A stretch of 64,000 nt of DNA from an uncultured Chloroflexia bacterium (GTDB taxonomy: Bacteria; Chloroflexota; Limnocylindria; Limnocylindrales; CSP1-4), in assembly GCA_963833225.1 (NCBI GenBank), contig CAWHXD010000008.1, positions 576,001 to 640,000 of the forward strand. Direction: 5' to 3'. Below are positions 11,719-21,321 of this stretch, in pieces. The number at the start of each line of letters is the position of its first letter. The first letter of the stretch is position 1. The notes under the pieces are model-generated. The model was given only the letters and a program-made list of their open reading frames with translations. It did not search any database and was not told where the DNA came from. A program made the position numbers and the translations under genes.

Positions 11719-13108
11719 CTAGCGGTCCAGCGCCTGGGCGAGATCCGCGATCACGTCGTCCGGGTGCTCGCCGCCCACGGAGAGGCGGATCAGACCGGGG
11801 GCAAGCATGGCCACCGCGCGTCCCTCCTCGCCCTGCTGCTGGTGGGTGGAGATCGACGGGATCGTGGCGATGCTCTTCACCCGCCCGAGGTCCGTCCCCC
11901 GGAAGATCAGCCCGAAGCGGTCGTAGGCCCGCCGCGCGGCGGGGAGCCCGCCCCGGAGCGTGAACCCCAGCAGCGTCGAGTACCGGACGGCCTCCGCCCC
12001 GTCCGCGTCCCCGTCGGCAAGCTGGAAGTCCCGGGCGGCGATCTCGTGGCCCGGGTGGGATTCCAGGCCTGGATACGAGACGCTCTCCACGGCCGGGTTC
12101 GCCTCGAGGAACCGCGCCACCCGCATGGTGGTCCGGCTCCAGGCGTCCATCCGCGTCCGCAGCGTGCGCAGGTCGGAGAGCAGCAGAAGCGCGCTGAACG
12201 GCGACAGCGCCGGCCCCAGGTCCCGCGCCGGGAGCAGCTTGACGTGGGTCGCGAAGTCCTCGCGCAGCTCGTCCGGCCCAACGCGGGCGGGAATGTCGTG
12301 GCGGGCGATCACGGCGCCCGCGATCGCGAGCCCGCTCGACCCGATCGCCTTCGACAGCGACTGGATCACGATGTCCGCGCCGAGCGAGAGTGGCCGAAGG
12401 AGCGCCGGGGTCGCCACCGTCGAGTCCACGATCAGCGGCATTCCGTGGGCGTGGGCGAGGGCCGCGAGCGCGGGAATGTCCGAGATGGCGAGCGCCGGGT
12501 TCGAGGGCACCTCCGCGTACAGGAAGCGGGTGTTGTCGTCGATGGCGCGCGCGAACGCGTCGGTGTCGAGCGGGTCCGACGACCCAGCGGACCTCGATCC
12601 CCCGCTCCGCGGCGTACCGGTTGAACAGCATGAACGTGCCGCCGTAGCACCTCGCCGACGCAACCAGGTTGATCCCGGCGCCGGGCCGGGCCGGGTCGAT
12701 CGCGAGCAGCGCGTTGGTCGCGAGGTGGACGGCGGCCATCCCCGAGGCCGTGACCACCGCGGACGCCTCGAGATCCGTCCCGTAGGTCTCCAGCAGCGCC
12801 AGCGTCTCCTCGAGATAGTGGGTCGAGGGGTTGGCGATCCGCGTGTAGCCCCAGGCCGGGATGAGGTAGGCAAGCGCCGCCTCGAGATGGTCCGAGTCCT
12901 CGAAGTGCTGGGCGGGCGACAGGTAGGCAGGCTCGATCAGGCTGCCCTGGTTGGCCATCGCGGCGGCGTGGTCGTACATGCCGTGGACGGCGATGGTGTC
13001 GAACCGACGGGACCGGGCGCGACGGCGCCGCTCCACCTCAGCTGCCGTGTCCTCACGGCCGCGTTGGATCCACGCCTCGAGGCCGGGCGACGGGGTGGTG
13101 GCGGTCAT
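11719..13108 (-). CDS. PLP-dependent Cys/Met metabolism enzyme (O-acylhomoserine sulfhydrylase / cystathionine gamma-synthase family); frameshift ~12580
   Basis: YTRIANP, ASGMAA, YGGT, LIVDSTVATP, QSLSK (PLP Lys), LIRLSVGGEHPDDVIADL. Confidence 0.85.
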
Positions 13109-13135
13109 CGGCTGGATCCTCCGTGCAGAGATGGG

Positions 13136-13604
13136 TCAGATGGGCAGCGCCACGGTGTCCTTCACCGTGGACAGGACGACGCTGGTCTGAATCCGGGCGA
13201 TGCCCGGCAGCGGGGTGAGCTTGTCGACCACGAAGCGCTCGAGCGCCCGGCGGTCGCGCAGCACCACCTTGAGCTGGTAGTCGAACTGCCCGGTCAGGTG
13301 ATGGCATTCGAGGACCTCGGGCAGCTCCGAGAGCGCCTTGCGCACCCGGGCGACCGCGTCCTGCTGGTGGAGGCCGATTCCGATGCTCACCAGGCACAGG
13401 AGATCGAACCCGGCCCGCTCGGCGTCCACCCGGGCGGCATAGCCCGGTGATCACGCCGCGCTCCTCCAGGCGGCGCACGCGGGCGTGCGTCGCGGCCGGG
13501 CTGAGCCCGATGGCCCTCGAGAGGTCAAGGTTGCTCGTCCGACCGTCCACCTGGAGCCGGCGAACGATGTCGCGATCGAGGTCATCGAGGCTGATGTTGG
13601 TCAC
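13136..13604 (-). CDS. Lrp/AsnC transcriptional regulator; frameshift ~13440
   Basis: LDDLDRDIVRRLQVDGR...RVRRLEERGVI followed by EVLECHHLTGQFDY. Confidence 0.9.
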
Positions 13605-13804
13605 GCGGCGGCCCTCGGTGCAAGTGGATGTTCGGTCACTCGCAATGATGTCCGAAGAACCTTCGGCTTGCCCAGCCCTGCCATGACGAACATTCGGCGT
13701 GGGCGCCTACGTGGCCCGACTGCGCGAGCGCCGCGTGACCCGCGTGATCCCCGCCCGGGCGCCCGGAGATCCCCCGCCCGAGCGCGCGCGGCTGCGCGTG
13801 CGGC

Positions 13805-13833
13805 CTGACGCAATCGATTGCACGCGGTACGCT
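13805..13833 (+). promoter_or_regulatory. sigma70-like promoter with LacI-type operator in the spacer (CGCAATCGATTGCA, 13809-13822)
   Basis: CTGACG (13805)-17 bp-TACGCT (13828). GTG start follows 7 nt later, so possibly leaderless. Confidence 0.65.
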
Positions 13834-13840
13834 TGCGTGC

Positions 13841-14809
13841 GTGACCGCATCGCCCGATCAGACCGGCCCGACCGCATCGGCCGTCCACAGCCGCACGGCC
13901 GCGCTCGTCCTCCTGGTGCTGCTGGCCCTCGTCTGGGGCGTGCACTGGGTCGTCGTGAAGCAGGGGCTCCACTACCTGCCGCCCCTCACCTACGGCGCCC
14001 TGCGCATGCTCGGCGGCCTGCTCACGATGGTGGCGATCCTCGGGGTCCAGCGGCGGATCAAGCGGCCGCCACGCCACGACCTGCCGATCATCGCGTCCGT
14101 GTCCCTGCTCCAGATCGCGGCCGGCGTCCTGATCATGAACTTCGCCCTCCAGGCCGTGCCGGCCGGGCGCTCATCCGTCCTGCTCTACGCCATGCCGCTG
14201 TGGGTGGCCCTCCTGCTGTGGGCGTTCTTCCGCACGCCCCCTCGCCGCAACGAGGCGGTGGGCCTCGTCCTGGGCCTGGGCGGGATCCTCATCCTGGTCA
14301 ACCCGACGGTCATCGACTGGGGCGTGCCGCTCGAGCTCGCCGGCACCCTGGCGCTGGTCGTGAACGGGATCCTGTGGGCAGCCGTGACGATCCACATCCG
14401 GCGCCACACCTGGATGTCCTCGCCGCTCGACCTGCAGCCGTGGATGCTGCTCACCGCGTCTGTGCCGGTCGTCCTGGCCGCGCTCCTCCTGGAGCAGGGG
14501 CGGGAGATCCGGTGGGAGCTGCCGGCGATCCTCGCGCTGCTCTACAGCGGTCCGCTCGCGACCGCGTTCGCCAACTGGGCGAGCCAGTCGATCACCCGCT
14601 CGCTCGGCCCGCTCGCGTCCGCGATCGGCTTCCTCGCCACGCCGGTGGTCGGTCTGGTGAGCGGCGCCGTCCTGCTGGGCGAGTCGCTGGGGCTCCTCGA
14701 CCTTGCCGGGTTTGCACTGGTGCTGGGGGGCATCGCGGTCACGTCGCTGATCCCCGCGGCGCGGGTGCAGCCACCGGCCGTCGCGGAGGCCACGGCGGCG
14801 TCTCGCTAG
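13841..14809 (+). CDS. DMT/EamA family transporter
   Basis: About 10 TM segments; LVWGVHWVVVKQGL, VPAGRSSVLLYAMPLW. Confidence 0.9.
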   Translation: MTASPDQTGPTASAVHSRTAALVLLVLLALVWGVHWVVVKQGLHYLPPLTYGALRMLGGLLTMVAILGVQRRIKRPPRHDLPIIASVSLLQIAAGVLIMNFALQAVPAGRSSVLLYAMPLWVALLLWAFFRTPPRRNEAVGLVLGLGGILILVNPTVIDWGVPLELAGTLALVVNGILWAAVTIHIRRHTWMSSPLDLQPWMLLTASVPVVLAALLLEQGREIRWELPAILALLYSGPLATAFANWASQSITRSLGPLASAIGFLATPVVGLVSGAVLLGESLGLLDLAGFALVLGGIAVTSLIPAARVQPPAVAEATAASR

Positions 14810-14825
14810 GAACGTCGCGCGGCGT

Positions 14826-16108
14826 CTACGCTCGCGTCATCCGCTCCGCGATGGCGCACCACTCCCACAGGCGCTGTGGGTCGGCCCGGCAGGTGCTGAT
14901 GTCCTTGAGCGTGAACTCGACCGGGCAGCCGTTGGCGCGCGTGGCCTCGAGGACCTCGCGGAAGTCCTTCTCCGCGATCTCCGGGACCCAGGTGTCCATG
15001 GCCACCATCGAGGGGTTGGGCTTGCGGCTGAACACGAACTCGGACCCGATGGCCTCGGCGCCTCTGCCGATCTTCGCCCATGGGCTCATGGAGATCTTCC
15101 GGACGTTGGGGATCTTGCGGACCGAGTCGATCCGGTTGTGGAGCGGGTCACAGCAGCCGAAGTAGCCGAGCCCGAACCGGTCGAACCAGCGGGCGTAGTA
15201 GGGCGGGACGAACTCGTCGAAGGTGGCGTCCCCCACCGACACGAACAGCTGGCTCCGCCCGACCGTCCAGGTATCGATCGCCCGCGGCTTCGCCGGGTCG
15301 AAGCCGGGTCCTGGGAAGCTCCGTGGTCTGGGCCCCGGTGCAGTGGATCCGGTCGTTGCCATAGCCGATGAGCCCCTTCGCCTCGAGGATGTCCAGCTCG
15401 GCAAGCCGGACCTCCGTGAGGCGGTCGGCGATCGCGTGGAGGTGCTCTGGGCGATCCATGAAGTCGAGCAGGATGGGCTCGGTGCCGCGGAACTGCTCGA
15501 TGTCGTCCCAGAGCGGGAACGCGAGCTCGTCGCCGTCGTAGCCCGTGAGCCCCTGCATCCGGACCTCGAGCAGGCCGTCGAGGCACTCGTGGGCCCAGGC
15601 CTCGCGCTCGGCGGTCCCTTCGACATCGAGGCTGGGTTCCAGGACGCGGAGCTTGTCGATGTCCTCGGGGTTCGCCAGCTGGTCCTCGTAGTGGTGGCTC
15701 TGGATCTCGCCGCCCTGGTCGATGGTGTCCTGCGTGATCCGGATCCCCCACCCCGGGCGGTCGATCACCTTCTTGATGTCGAGGTACGGCTCCACGACCA
15801 TGTCCACCCGCAGGTGGTTCCAGCGGTACAGCTCCTGGCGGAGGCGCGTCTCCAGGTCCCGGGTGAAGGGGTGGGTGCGACGCGACGCGCAGCTCGTCGG
15901 CACCCGGGACGTTGCCCGTCAGCTCGTGCCACGGGATCTCGTCGATCATCGCCATGGGCCGCTCGGGGTGGAGGTCGTTGAGCGCCTGCCACTCGCGGAT
16001 CCGCTCCGCCTGCACGGGCAGCGCGGCGAGCTCGGCGACCTTGGCGGCGAGCTCGCGGACGACGGCGACGTCCGCAGCCGGGAGGCCGGTGCTGGTCTGG
16101 GTGGTCAT
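14826..16108 (-). CDS. uroporphyrinogen-decarboxylase-fold (MtaA/CmuA-like) putative methyltransferase; frameshifts ~15880 and ~15310
   Basis: FRGTEPILLDFMDRPE, FDEFVPPYY, YFGCCDPLH, KISMSPW, FSRKPNP. Co-oriented directly behind a corrinoid protein gene. Confidence 0.6.
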
Positions 16109-16126
16109 CGGTCCGATCCCCGTTTC

Positions 16127-16754
16127 CTAGGAGGCCAGCAGGCCGCGGGCGAGGTCAACCGCGGACCCGGCATCGGGGGCGTAGCCGTCGGCGCCGATCT
16201 GGTCGGCGAACTCGGGGGTCACCGGAGCCCCGCCGATGACGACCCGGGTGGCCAGGTTCGCGGCCTTCACGGCCTCGACCACCGCCGCGCATGTTGGGCA
16301 TCGTCGTGGTCAGCAGGGCGGAGACGCCGATCAGGTGCGCGTCGTGCTCCTGCGCTGCCTCGACGAACTTCGCGGGCGGGACATTGACGCCGAGGTCGAA
16401 GACCTCGATCCCGCCGCCCTTCCACATCATGCCCACCAGGTTCTTGCCGATGTCGTGGAGGTCGCCCTCGACCGTGCCCACGACGGCGCGGAACTCGGGC
16501 TTGACCCCGGCCGCGAGCAGGACGGGCTCGAGGATCTGGGTGCCGGCCTTCATCGCCCGCGCCGCGATCAGCATCTCGGGCACGAACAGCTCGCCCTCCT
16601 GGAACTTGCGGCCCACCACGTCCATGGCGCTGGTCATCGCGTCGAGGATCGTGGTGGGGTCGATCCCCTCGTCGACGGCCGCCTGCGTGTGCTCGGCGGC
16701 GGCGGTCCGGTTGCCCGCCTCGACGGCGGCGGTGAGGGCGGCGAGGTCGGCCAT
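16127..16754 (-). CDS. corrinoid (B12-binding) protein of methyltransferase systems; frameshift ~16285
   Basis: ELFVPEMLIAARAM, GTVEGDLHDIGKNLV (DxHxxG), SALLTTTM, IGGAPVT..FADQIGADGYAPDA. Confidence 0.93.
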
Positions 16755-16804
16755 GGGTGCGTCTCCTGCTCCTGGGTGGGGGCACGACGGTCCTCGGGCC
16801 GTCC

Positions 16805-16848
16805 TGTAATCGATTGCATACGCTAGCGGACTGCGGGTCCGACGTCAA
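16805..16848 (-). promoter_or_regulatory. promoter + LacI-type operator (TGTAATCGATTGCA, 16805-16818) for the corrinoid operon
   Basis: Minus strand TTGACG (16848-16843)-17 bp-TAGCGT (16825-16820), with the operator immediately downstream. Confidence 0.8.
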
Positions 16849-16859
16849 TCCCCGTGGGC

Positions 16860-17093
16860 GTTGACTCCCAGACCACGAACTCGCCGCGCCGGGGGGCGAC
16901 TCCACCGTCAGTCCTCGGGGCGCTGCCTCGCAGTCCACGAAATCGCCGCGCCAACGGGCCTGGGGGCGTAGACGTAGCGCCACGGGCATCACCGCGTGGT
17001 GTTGCGCGGCCTTTGATGGCTGTGGGGCAACGAGATCGCCGTGTGCGGGTCTGCTGAGGCACCAATGCCCGATTTCGTGGTCTGGCAGTCAAC
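16860..17093. repeat. degenerate copies of the 17-bp palindrome family, including an inverted pair
   Basis: gttgactcccagaccac (16860), gctgcctcgcagtccac (16922), gtggtctggcagtcaac (17077, near reverse complement of the 16860 copy). Confidence 0.55.
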
Positions 17094-17155
17094 GGCGACC
17101 GCGCGCGATGGGGAGGGGCGAAGGGCGACCGCGCGCGATGGGGAGGGGCGAAGGG
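17094..17155. repeat. 30-bp direct tandem repeat x2
   Basis: ggcgaccgcgcgcgatggggaggggcgaag twice. Confidence 0.85.
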
Positions 17156-17174
17156 CCGACGAGCCAACACGCCC

Positions 17175-18044
17175 CTACCCCGCCAGGTGGCTCCAGCCTG
17201 CGGTGCGGCGCTGGATCTCGGCGAGGTTGTGGAGGCTGGACTCCCGGGCACGCTCCTCCCAGGCGAACACGCACACGGTCATGATCCCATCGAACCGCAA
17301 CTCGCCGAGCGTCTCGAAGAACGTGTCCCAGGGAACCTCGCCCTGCCCGATGTCGAGATGCTGGTGGACCCGGACCGCGTTGCCGGGCGGGTTGGTGATG
17401 TACCGCAGCCCCGACGAGGCGCGGTGGTCAAAGCCGTCGGCGACGTGGAGCTGGGTCAGCAGCGGACCCGCGTGGCGCATGATCTCGGCCATGTTGCCGC
17501 CCTGGTGGAACGTGTGGGGCGCGCAGTAGAGGAACGACACGTTGGGTGAGTTGATGCCGCGGATCATGTCCACGGCGGCGATGCCGTCCTCGATGAAGTC
17601 GTCGGGGTGCGGCTCCAGCGCGAGGTGCATCCCGGCCCGCTCGAACACGGGCAGCAGCTCCTCGAGCGACTTCCAGAACTGCGCCTCGGAGATGGACGGG
17701 TTCTCGGGCCGGCCGTTGAACTCCGAGTTCATCACCGTGGCCCCCAGCTCCCCGGCGATCTCGATCGAGCGCTTCCAGTAGCGGACGGCGGCCTGGCGCT
17801 CGTCCTCGTCAGGCCCGGACCAGCGGAACAGCGGCAGCACGGAGCTGATCTGGACCCCGGCGGCGTCGAGCGCCCGGCGGAACGCCCGGATCCCGGCCGT
17901 GTCCACGCGCGGGTGCCGGAAGAACGGGATGCAGTCCTCGCGGGGCGACAGCTCGATGTATCGATAGCCCAGGTCGGCGACCAGCCCCGGCAGCTCCGCC
18001 AGTGGCGTCGTCCGGAACATGTACGGGTCGAGCGCGATCTTCAT
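17175..18044 (-). CDS. iolH: sugar phosphate isomerase/epimerase, IolH-like
   Basis: MKIALDPYM, FFRHPR, LEPHPDDF, LYCAPHTF, HQHLDIGQGEV, VFAWEE. Confidence 0.75.
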   Translation of the reverse strand: MKIALDPYMFRTTPLAELPGLVADLGYRYIELSPREDCIPFFRHPRVDTAGIRAFRRALDAAGVQISSVLPLFRWSGPDEDERQAAVRYWKRSIEIAGELGATVMNSEFNGRPENPSISEAQFWKSLEELLPVFERAGMHLALEPHPDDFIEDGIAAVDMIRGINSPNVSFLYCAPHTFHQGGNMAEIMRHAGPLLTQLHVADGFDHRASSGLRYITNPPGNAVRVHQHLDIGQGEVPWDTFFETLGELRFDGIMTVCVFAWEERARESSLHNLAEIQRRTAGWSHLAG

Positions 18045-18116
18045 CGTGTCCTCCTCGTCGGTCGCCGGCCTGGGCCGGCCGATGGGGCTGGCCGGGGCCG
18101 GCTGATGGGTGGAACG

Positions 18117-19127
18117 CTACCGGTAGATGGCGGGCTTCTCGACGTAGTCGATGGCCACCCGCTCGCCGCTCTTCACGGCCTGGACGCCGAACTCCGTGAC
18201 CCGCGTCGCCGCGTAGCCGTCCCACGCGGACGGGCCCACGATCTCGCCCTTCTGCAGACCGGTGATCCAGGCCTGGAGCTCGGCGGTGTAGGCAGGACCG
18301 AACCGGACGCGCCAGTCGGGCGGGACCACGTCCACGTCCTGGCCATTGGCGATCGTGCTGGCGACGACCGGGTTGACCAGCGATGCCACGCCAAGCTCGC
18401 CAACGAGCTCGCACCGCACGTCGTAGCCGTACTGGCAGTTGGCGAAGAACTCCGACGTGGACAGCACGCCCGACTCCATCCCGAACAACGCGAACTGCGG
18501 GTCCTGGAGGTGCGGGAAGGCCTTGCTGGTTCGCTTGGGCGGCGCGACCTGGACCGAGGTGATCTCCTCGCCCAGGAGCCACCGGGTGGTGTCGATCTCG
18601 TGGATCATCGAATCGGTCATGGTCATGAAGCTGGTGAACGACTCAGGCACGGTGGCGTTGCGGTGCACGTTGTGGAGGATCAGCGCCGCGCCGATGTCGC
18701 CGCCGTCGAGGGTCGCCTTGACCTGACGGTAGCCCGGGTCGTAACGGCGCATGAAGCCCACGATGACCAGCCGCTTGCCATGCTTGACCTCGGCCTCGAG
18801 GATCGCCTCGCACTCCGGGGTGGTGGGCGCCAGCGGCTTCTCGCACATCACCGGCTTGCCGGCGGCGATCGACGCCAGCGTGTACTCGGCGTGCGTCTCG
18901 CCGATCGAGCAGACCAGGACGGCATCGACGAGGTCGCTGTTGACGAGCGAGATGCCGTCGTCGAACACCTTGACGTCCGGCCCGAGGTCCGCGGCGACCT
19001 GCTCCGCACGGGGGCGATTGACGTCGGTGACGGCGCTCACCGTGGAGCCGTTGATGACGTTGACGAGCTTGTTCGCGTGGTCGGTGCCGATGAGACCGGT
19101 ACCGATGACGCCGACGCGGATGGCCAT
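18117..19127 (-). CDS. iolG: myo-inositol 2-dehydrogenase (Gfo/Idh/MocA)
   Basis: RVGVIGTG, CEKPLA, GFMRRYD, DSMIHEID..RWLLGE, YGYDVRCELVGE. Confidence 0.88.
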   Translation of the reverse strand: MAIRVGVIGTGLIGTDHANKLVNVINGSTVSAVTDVNRPRAEQVAADLGPDVKVFDDGISLVNSDLVDAVLVCSIGETHAEYTLASIAAGKPVMCEKPLAPTTPECEAILEAEVKHGKRLVIVGFMRRYDPGYRQVKATLDGGDIGAALILHNVHRNATVPESFTSFMTMTDSMIHEIDTTRWLLGEEITSVQVAPPKRTSKAFPHLQDPQFALFGMESGVLSTSEFFANCQYGYDVRCELVGELGVASLVNPVVASTIANGQDVDVVPPDWRVRFGPAYTAELQAWITGLQKGEIVGPSAWDGYAATRVTEFGVQAVKSGERVAIDYVEKPAIYR

Positions 19128-19177
19128 GGGGAACACCCTTCCTTCGCGGTGGTGCGGACGCTGCGGGATTGGCGGGA

Positions 19178-20107
19178 TCAGGCGAGCGGACGGCCGGCGC
19201 CGAGACCGCAGGTCTTGAAGTACTGCTGGGTGCGGATCGCGATCGGCAGCGGCCGGTCGAAGTCGCAGGGGTACATGTCCTGCTCGACGATGCAGTACAG
19301 GTCGCGGTCGAGCGCGGCGAGGGCGTCGATGAGCGAGGGCATGTCGGGCTCGCCCAGCGGCGGCTCCACCATGGCCCCGAGACGGACGGCCGGGGCGAAG
19401 CCCAGCTTCTCCTCCCGGACCCGGGCCTGGATCGCCGGGTCCACCTGCTTGAGGTGGACGTATCCGATCCGGTCCGGGTAGTCGGCGATGAGCTTGAGGT
19501 TGTCGGCGCCGCAGTACGCAACGTGCCCGGTGTCGAGACACAGCTGCACGGTCTCGGGGTCCGTGCCGTCGAGGAAGCGCTCGATCTCCGCCTGGGTCCC
19601 CACGTGGCTGTCGGCGTGGGTGTGGAACACGAGCACCGCGCCGTGGTTGTCGGTCACGTACTTGCCGAGCTCCGACATGCCCGAGTTGAGGCTGGCCCAC
19701 TCGTCATCGGTGAGCGTCGGGCTCGCGACCAGGTTGCCGTCGAAGTCCGTGAAGCCCTCGGGCAGGATCACCAGGTGCCGGGCGCCGTTGGGCCCGATGA
19801 CCGCCATCTCCGCGTCGCAGTCGGCCTTGGCCTTCTCGAGCGCCTCCCTGCCCTTGTGGAGGGCGACGAAGACCGTGCCCCCGGAGAGCGTCAGGCCCCG
19901 GCTCGCGTACGCCTCGCGGACGATGCCCGGGTCGGTGGGCAGGTAGCCGAACGGGCCAAGCTCGCTGTATCGGTAGCCCGCCTGCTGAGCCTCGTCGAGA
20001 TAGCGCTGCCACGGGGTCTGGAGCGGGTCGTCGCCGGGGTTCCAGACACCCCAGGAGTCCGGGGCCGTCCCCAGGTGGAGCTTCGGGTAGTCGACCTGCA
20101 GGTTCAC
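19178..20107 (-). CDS. IolE-like inosose dehydratase / TIM-barrel protein
   Basis: GTAPDSWGVW, ELGPFGYLPTD, FHTHADSHV, CLDTGH, YVHLKQ, IVEQD. Confidence 0.8.
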   Translation of the reverse strand: MNLQVDYPKLHLGTAPDSWGVWNPGDDPLQTPWQRYLDEAQQAGYRYSELGPFGYLPTDPGIVREAYASRGLTLSGGTVFVALHKGREALEKAKADCDAEMAVIGPNGARHLVILPEGFTDFDGNLVASPTLTDDEWASLNSGMSELGKYVTDNHGAVLVFHTHADSHVGTQAEIERFLDGTDPETVQLCLDTGHVAYCGADNLKLIADYPDRIGYVHLKQVDPAIQARVREEKLGFAPAVRLGAMVEPPLGEPDMPSLIDALAALDRDLYCIVEQDMYPCDFDRPLPIAIRTQQYFKTCGLGAGRPLA

Positions 20108-20165
20108 GTCGCGGACTCCTTGGTGGGACGCGGGCGGGTGATGGGGCGGATGCTGATGCCCATAA

Positions 20166-20179
20166 TGTAATCGATTGCG
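20166..20179. promoter_or_regulatory. LacI-type operator TGTAATCGATTGCG
   Basis: Palindrome about 60 bp upstream of the gene starting at 20107. Confidence 0.75.
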
Positions 20180-20222
20180 CCACGGAATGGAAGCCCCCGG
20201 GGCAATCGACGGGCCAAGACAG

Positions 20223-20251
20223 GACCGCCGGGTCCCGAAGGTCCCGGCGGT
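20223..20251 (-). terminator. hairpin after ABC permease
   Basis: gaccgccgggtcc-cgaa-ggtcccggcggtc. Confidence 0.55.
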
Positions 20252-20296
20252 CTGAAGCGACAGGTGTCTGGCAGCGCCGGCAGGGCCGCCGCAGGA

Positions 20297-21304
20297 TCAG
20301 CGGTTCTTGCGCTCGTCGATGATGATCGCGACGATGATGATCACGCCCTTGACGACCTGCTGGTAGAACGGGGAGACGTTGAGCAGGTCGAGGCCGTTGT
20401 TCATGACGCCGATGATCAGCGCGCCGACAACGGTCCCCCAGACGGTGCCGATGCCGCCGGCGAAGCTGGTGCCGCCGATGACCGCGGCCGCGATCGCGTC
20501 GAGCTCGTAGCCGATGCCGAGGGCCGGGGTCGCGGACTGGACGCGGGCGGTGAGCACCACGCCACCGAGGCCCGCCATGAGACCCGAGAACGCGTAGATG
20601 CCGAGCTTTGTCCGGCCGAGGTTCACGCCCGAGACGCGGGCGGCGGTCTCGTTGCCGCCGATCGCGTAGGCGTGGCGCCCGAAGCGCGTGTAGTTGAGCA
20701 TGAGGTGCGTGAGGACGATCACGGTCAAGAACACGATGATCGGGACCGGAAGGCCCAGGATGTCGCCGCCGCCGATCCACAGGAAGTCTTCGTTGAGCGT
20801 GCTCACCGGCCGCCCGTTCGAGTAGATGTAGGCGAAGCCGCGGGCCATCGTCATCATGCCCAGGGTGGCGATGAATGGTGGGATCTTGAACGTCGCGATC
20901 AGCCCGCCGTTCACGGCCCCCAGCAGCAGGCCGGCACCGAGGCCTGCCAGCACGGCGACGAACGCCGGCAGCTGGAGACCCGGGTAGAGGGCCTCCTTCC
21001 AGCCCGGCTGCTGGACGAGGCTGGCGGACACGACGGCGGCAAAGCCGAGCACCGACCCGAGAGACAGGTCGATTCCCAGGGCGATGATGGTCAGCATCAC
21101 GCCGATCGCCAGGAGCCCGATGACCGAGATCTGGCGGACGACGTTGATCAGGTTCTGGGGCTTGAGGAACGAGTTGTTCGGGGAGAAGATGGCGAGGAGG
21201 ACGCACATCCCCAGGAAGATGAACACGATCAGGTACTTCCGGAGGAAGCCCGCCGCCGCTTCCCTGGTCACCAGTCCACCCGCGCTGGGCGCTGCTGCAG
21301 TCAT
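20297..21304 (-). CDS. sugar (inositol) ABC transporter permease, RbsC family
   Basis: [33 protein letters not shown]. Confidence 0.95.
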   Translation of the reverse strand: MTAAAPSAGGLVTREAAAGFLRKYLIVFIFLGMCVLLAIFSPNNSFLKPQNLINVVRQISVIGLLAIGVMLTIIALGIDLSLGSVLGFAAVVSASLVQQPGWKEALYPGLQLPAFVAVLAGLGAGLLLGAVNGGLIATFKIPPFIATLGMMTMARGFAYIYSNGRPVSTLNEDFLWIGGGDILGLPVPIIVFLTVIVLTHLMLNYTRFGRHAYAIGGNETAARVSGVNLGRTKLGIYAFSGLMAGLGGVVLTARVQSATPALGIGYELDAIAAAVIGGTSFAGGIGTVWGTVVGALIIGVMNNGLDLLNVSPFYQQVVKGVIIIVAIIIDERKNR

Positions 21305-21321
21305 CGACCCTCTCTCCTGCC

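Noticed and set aside
16760-17170. Cobalamin riboswitch upstream of the corrinoid gene
   Set aside because: No B12-box or conserved riboswitch core is recognisable. The region is explained by the promoter, operator and repeats. An Rfam cmscan would settle it.
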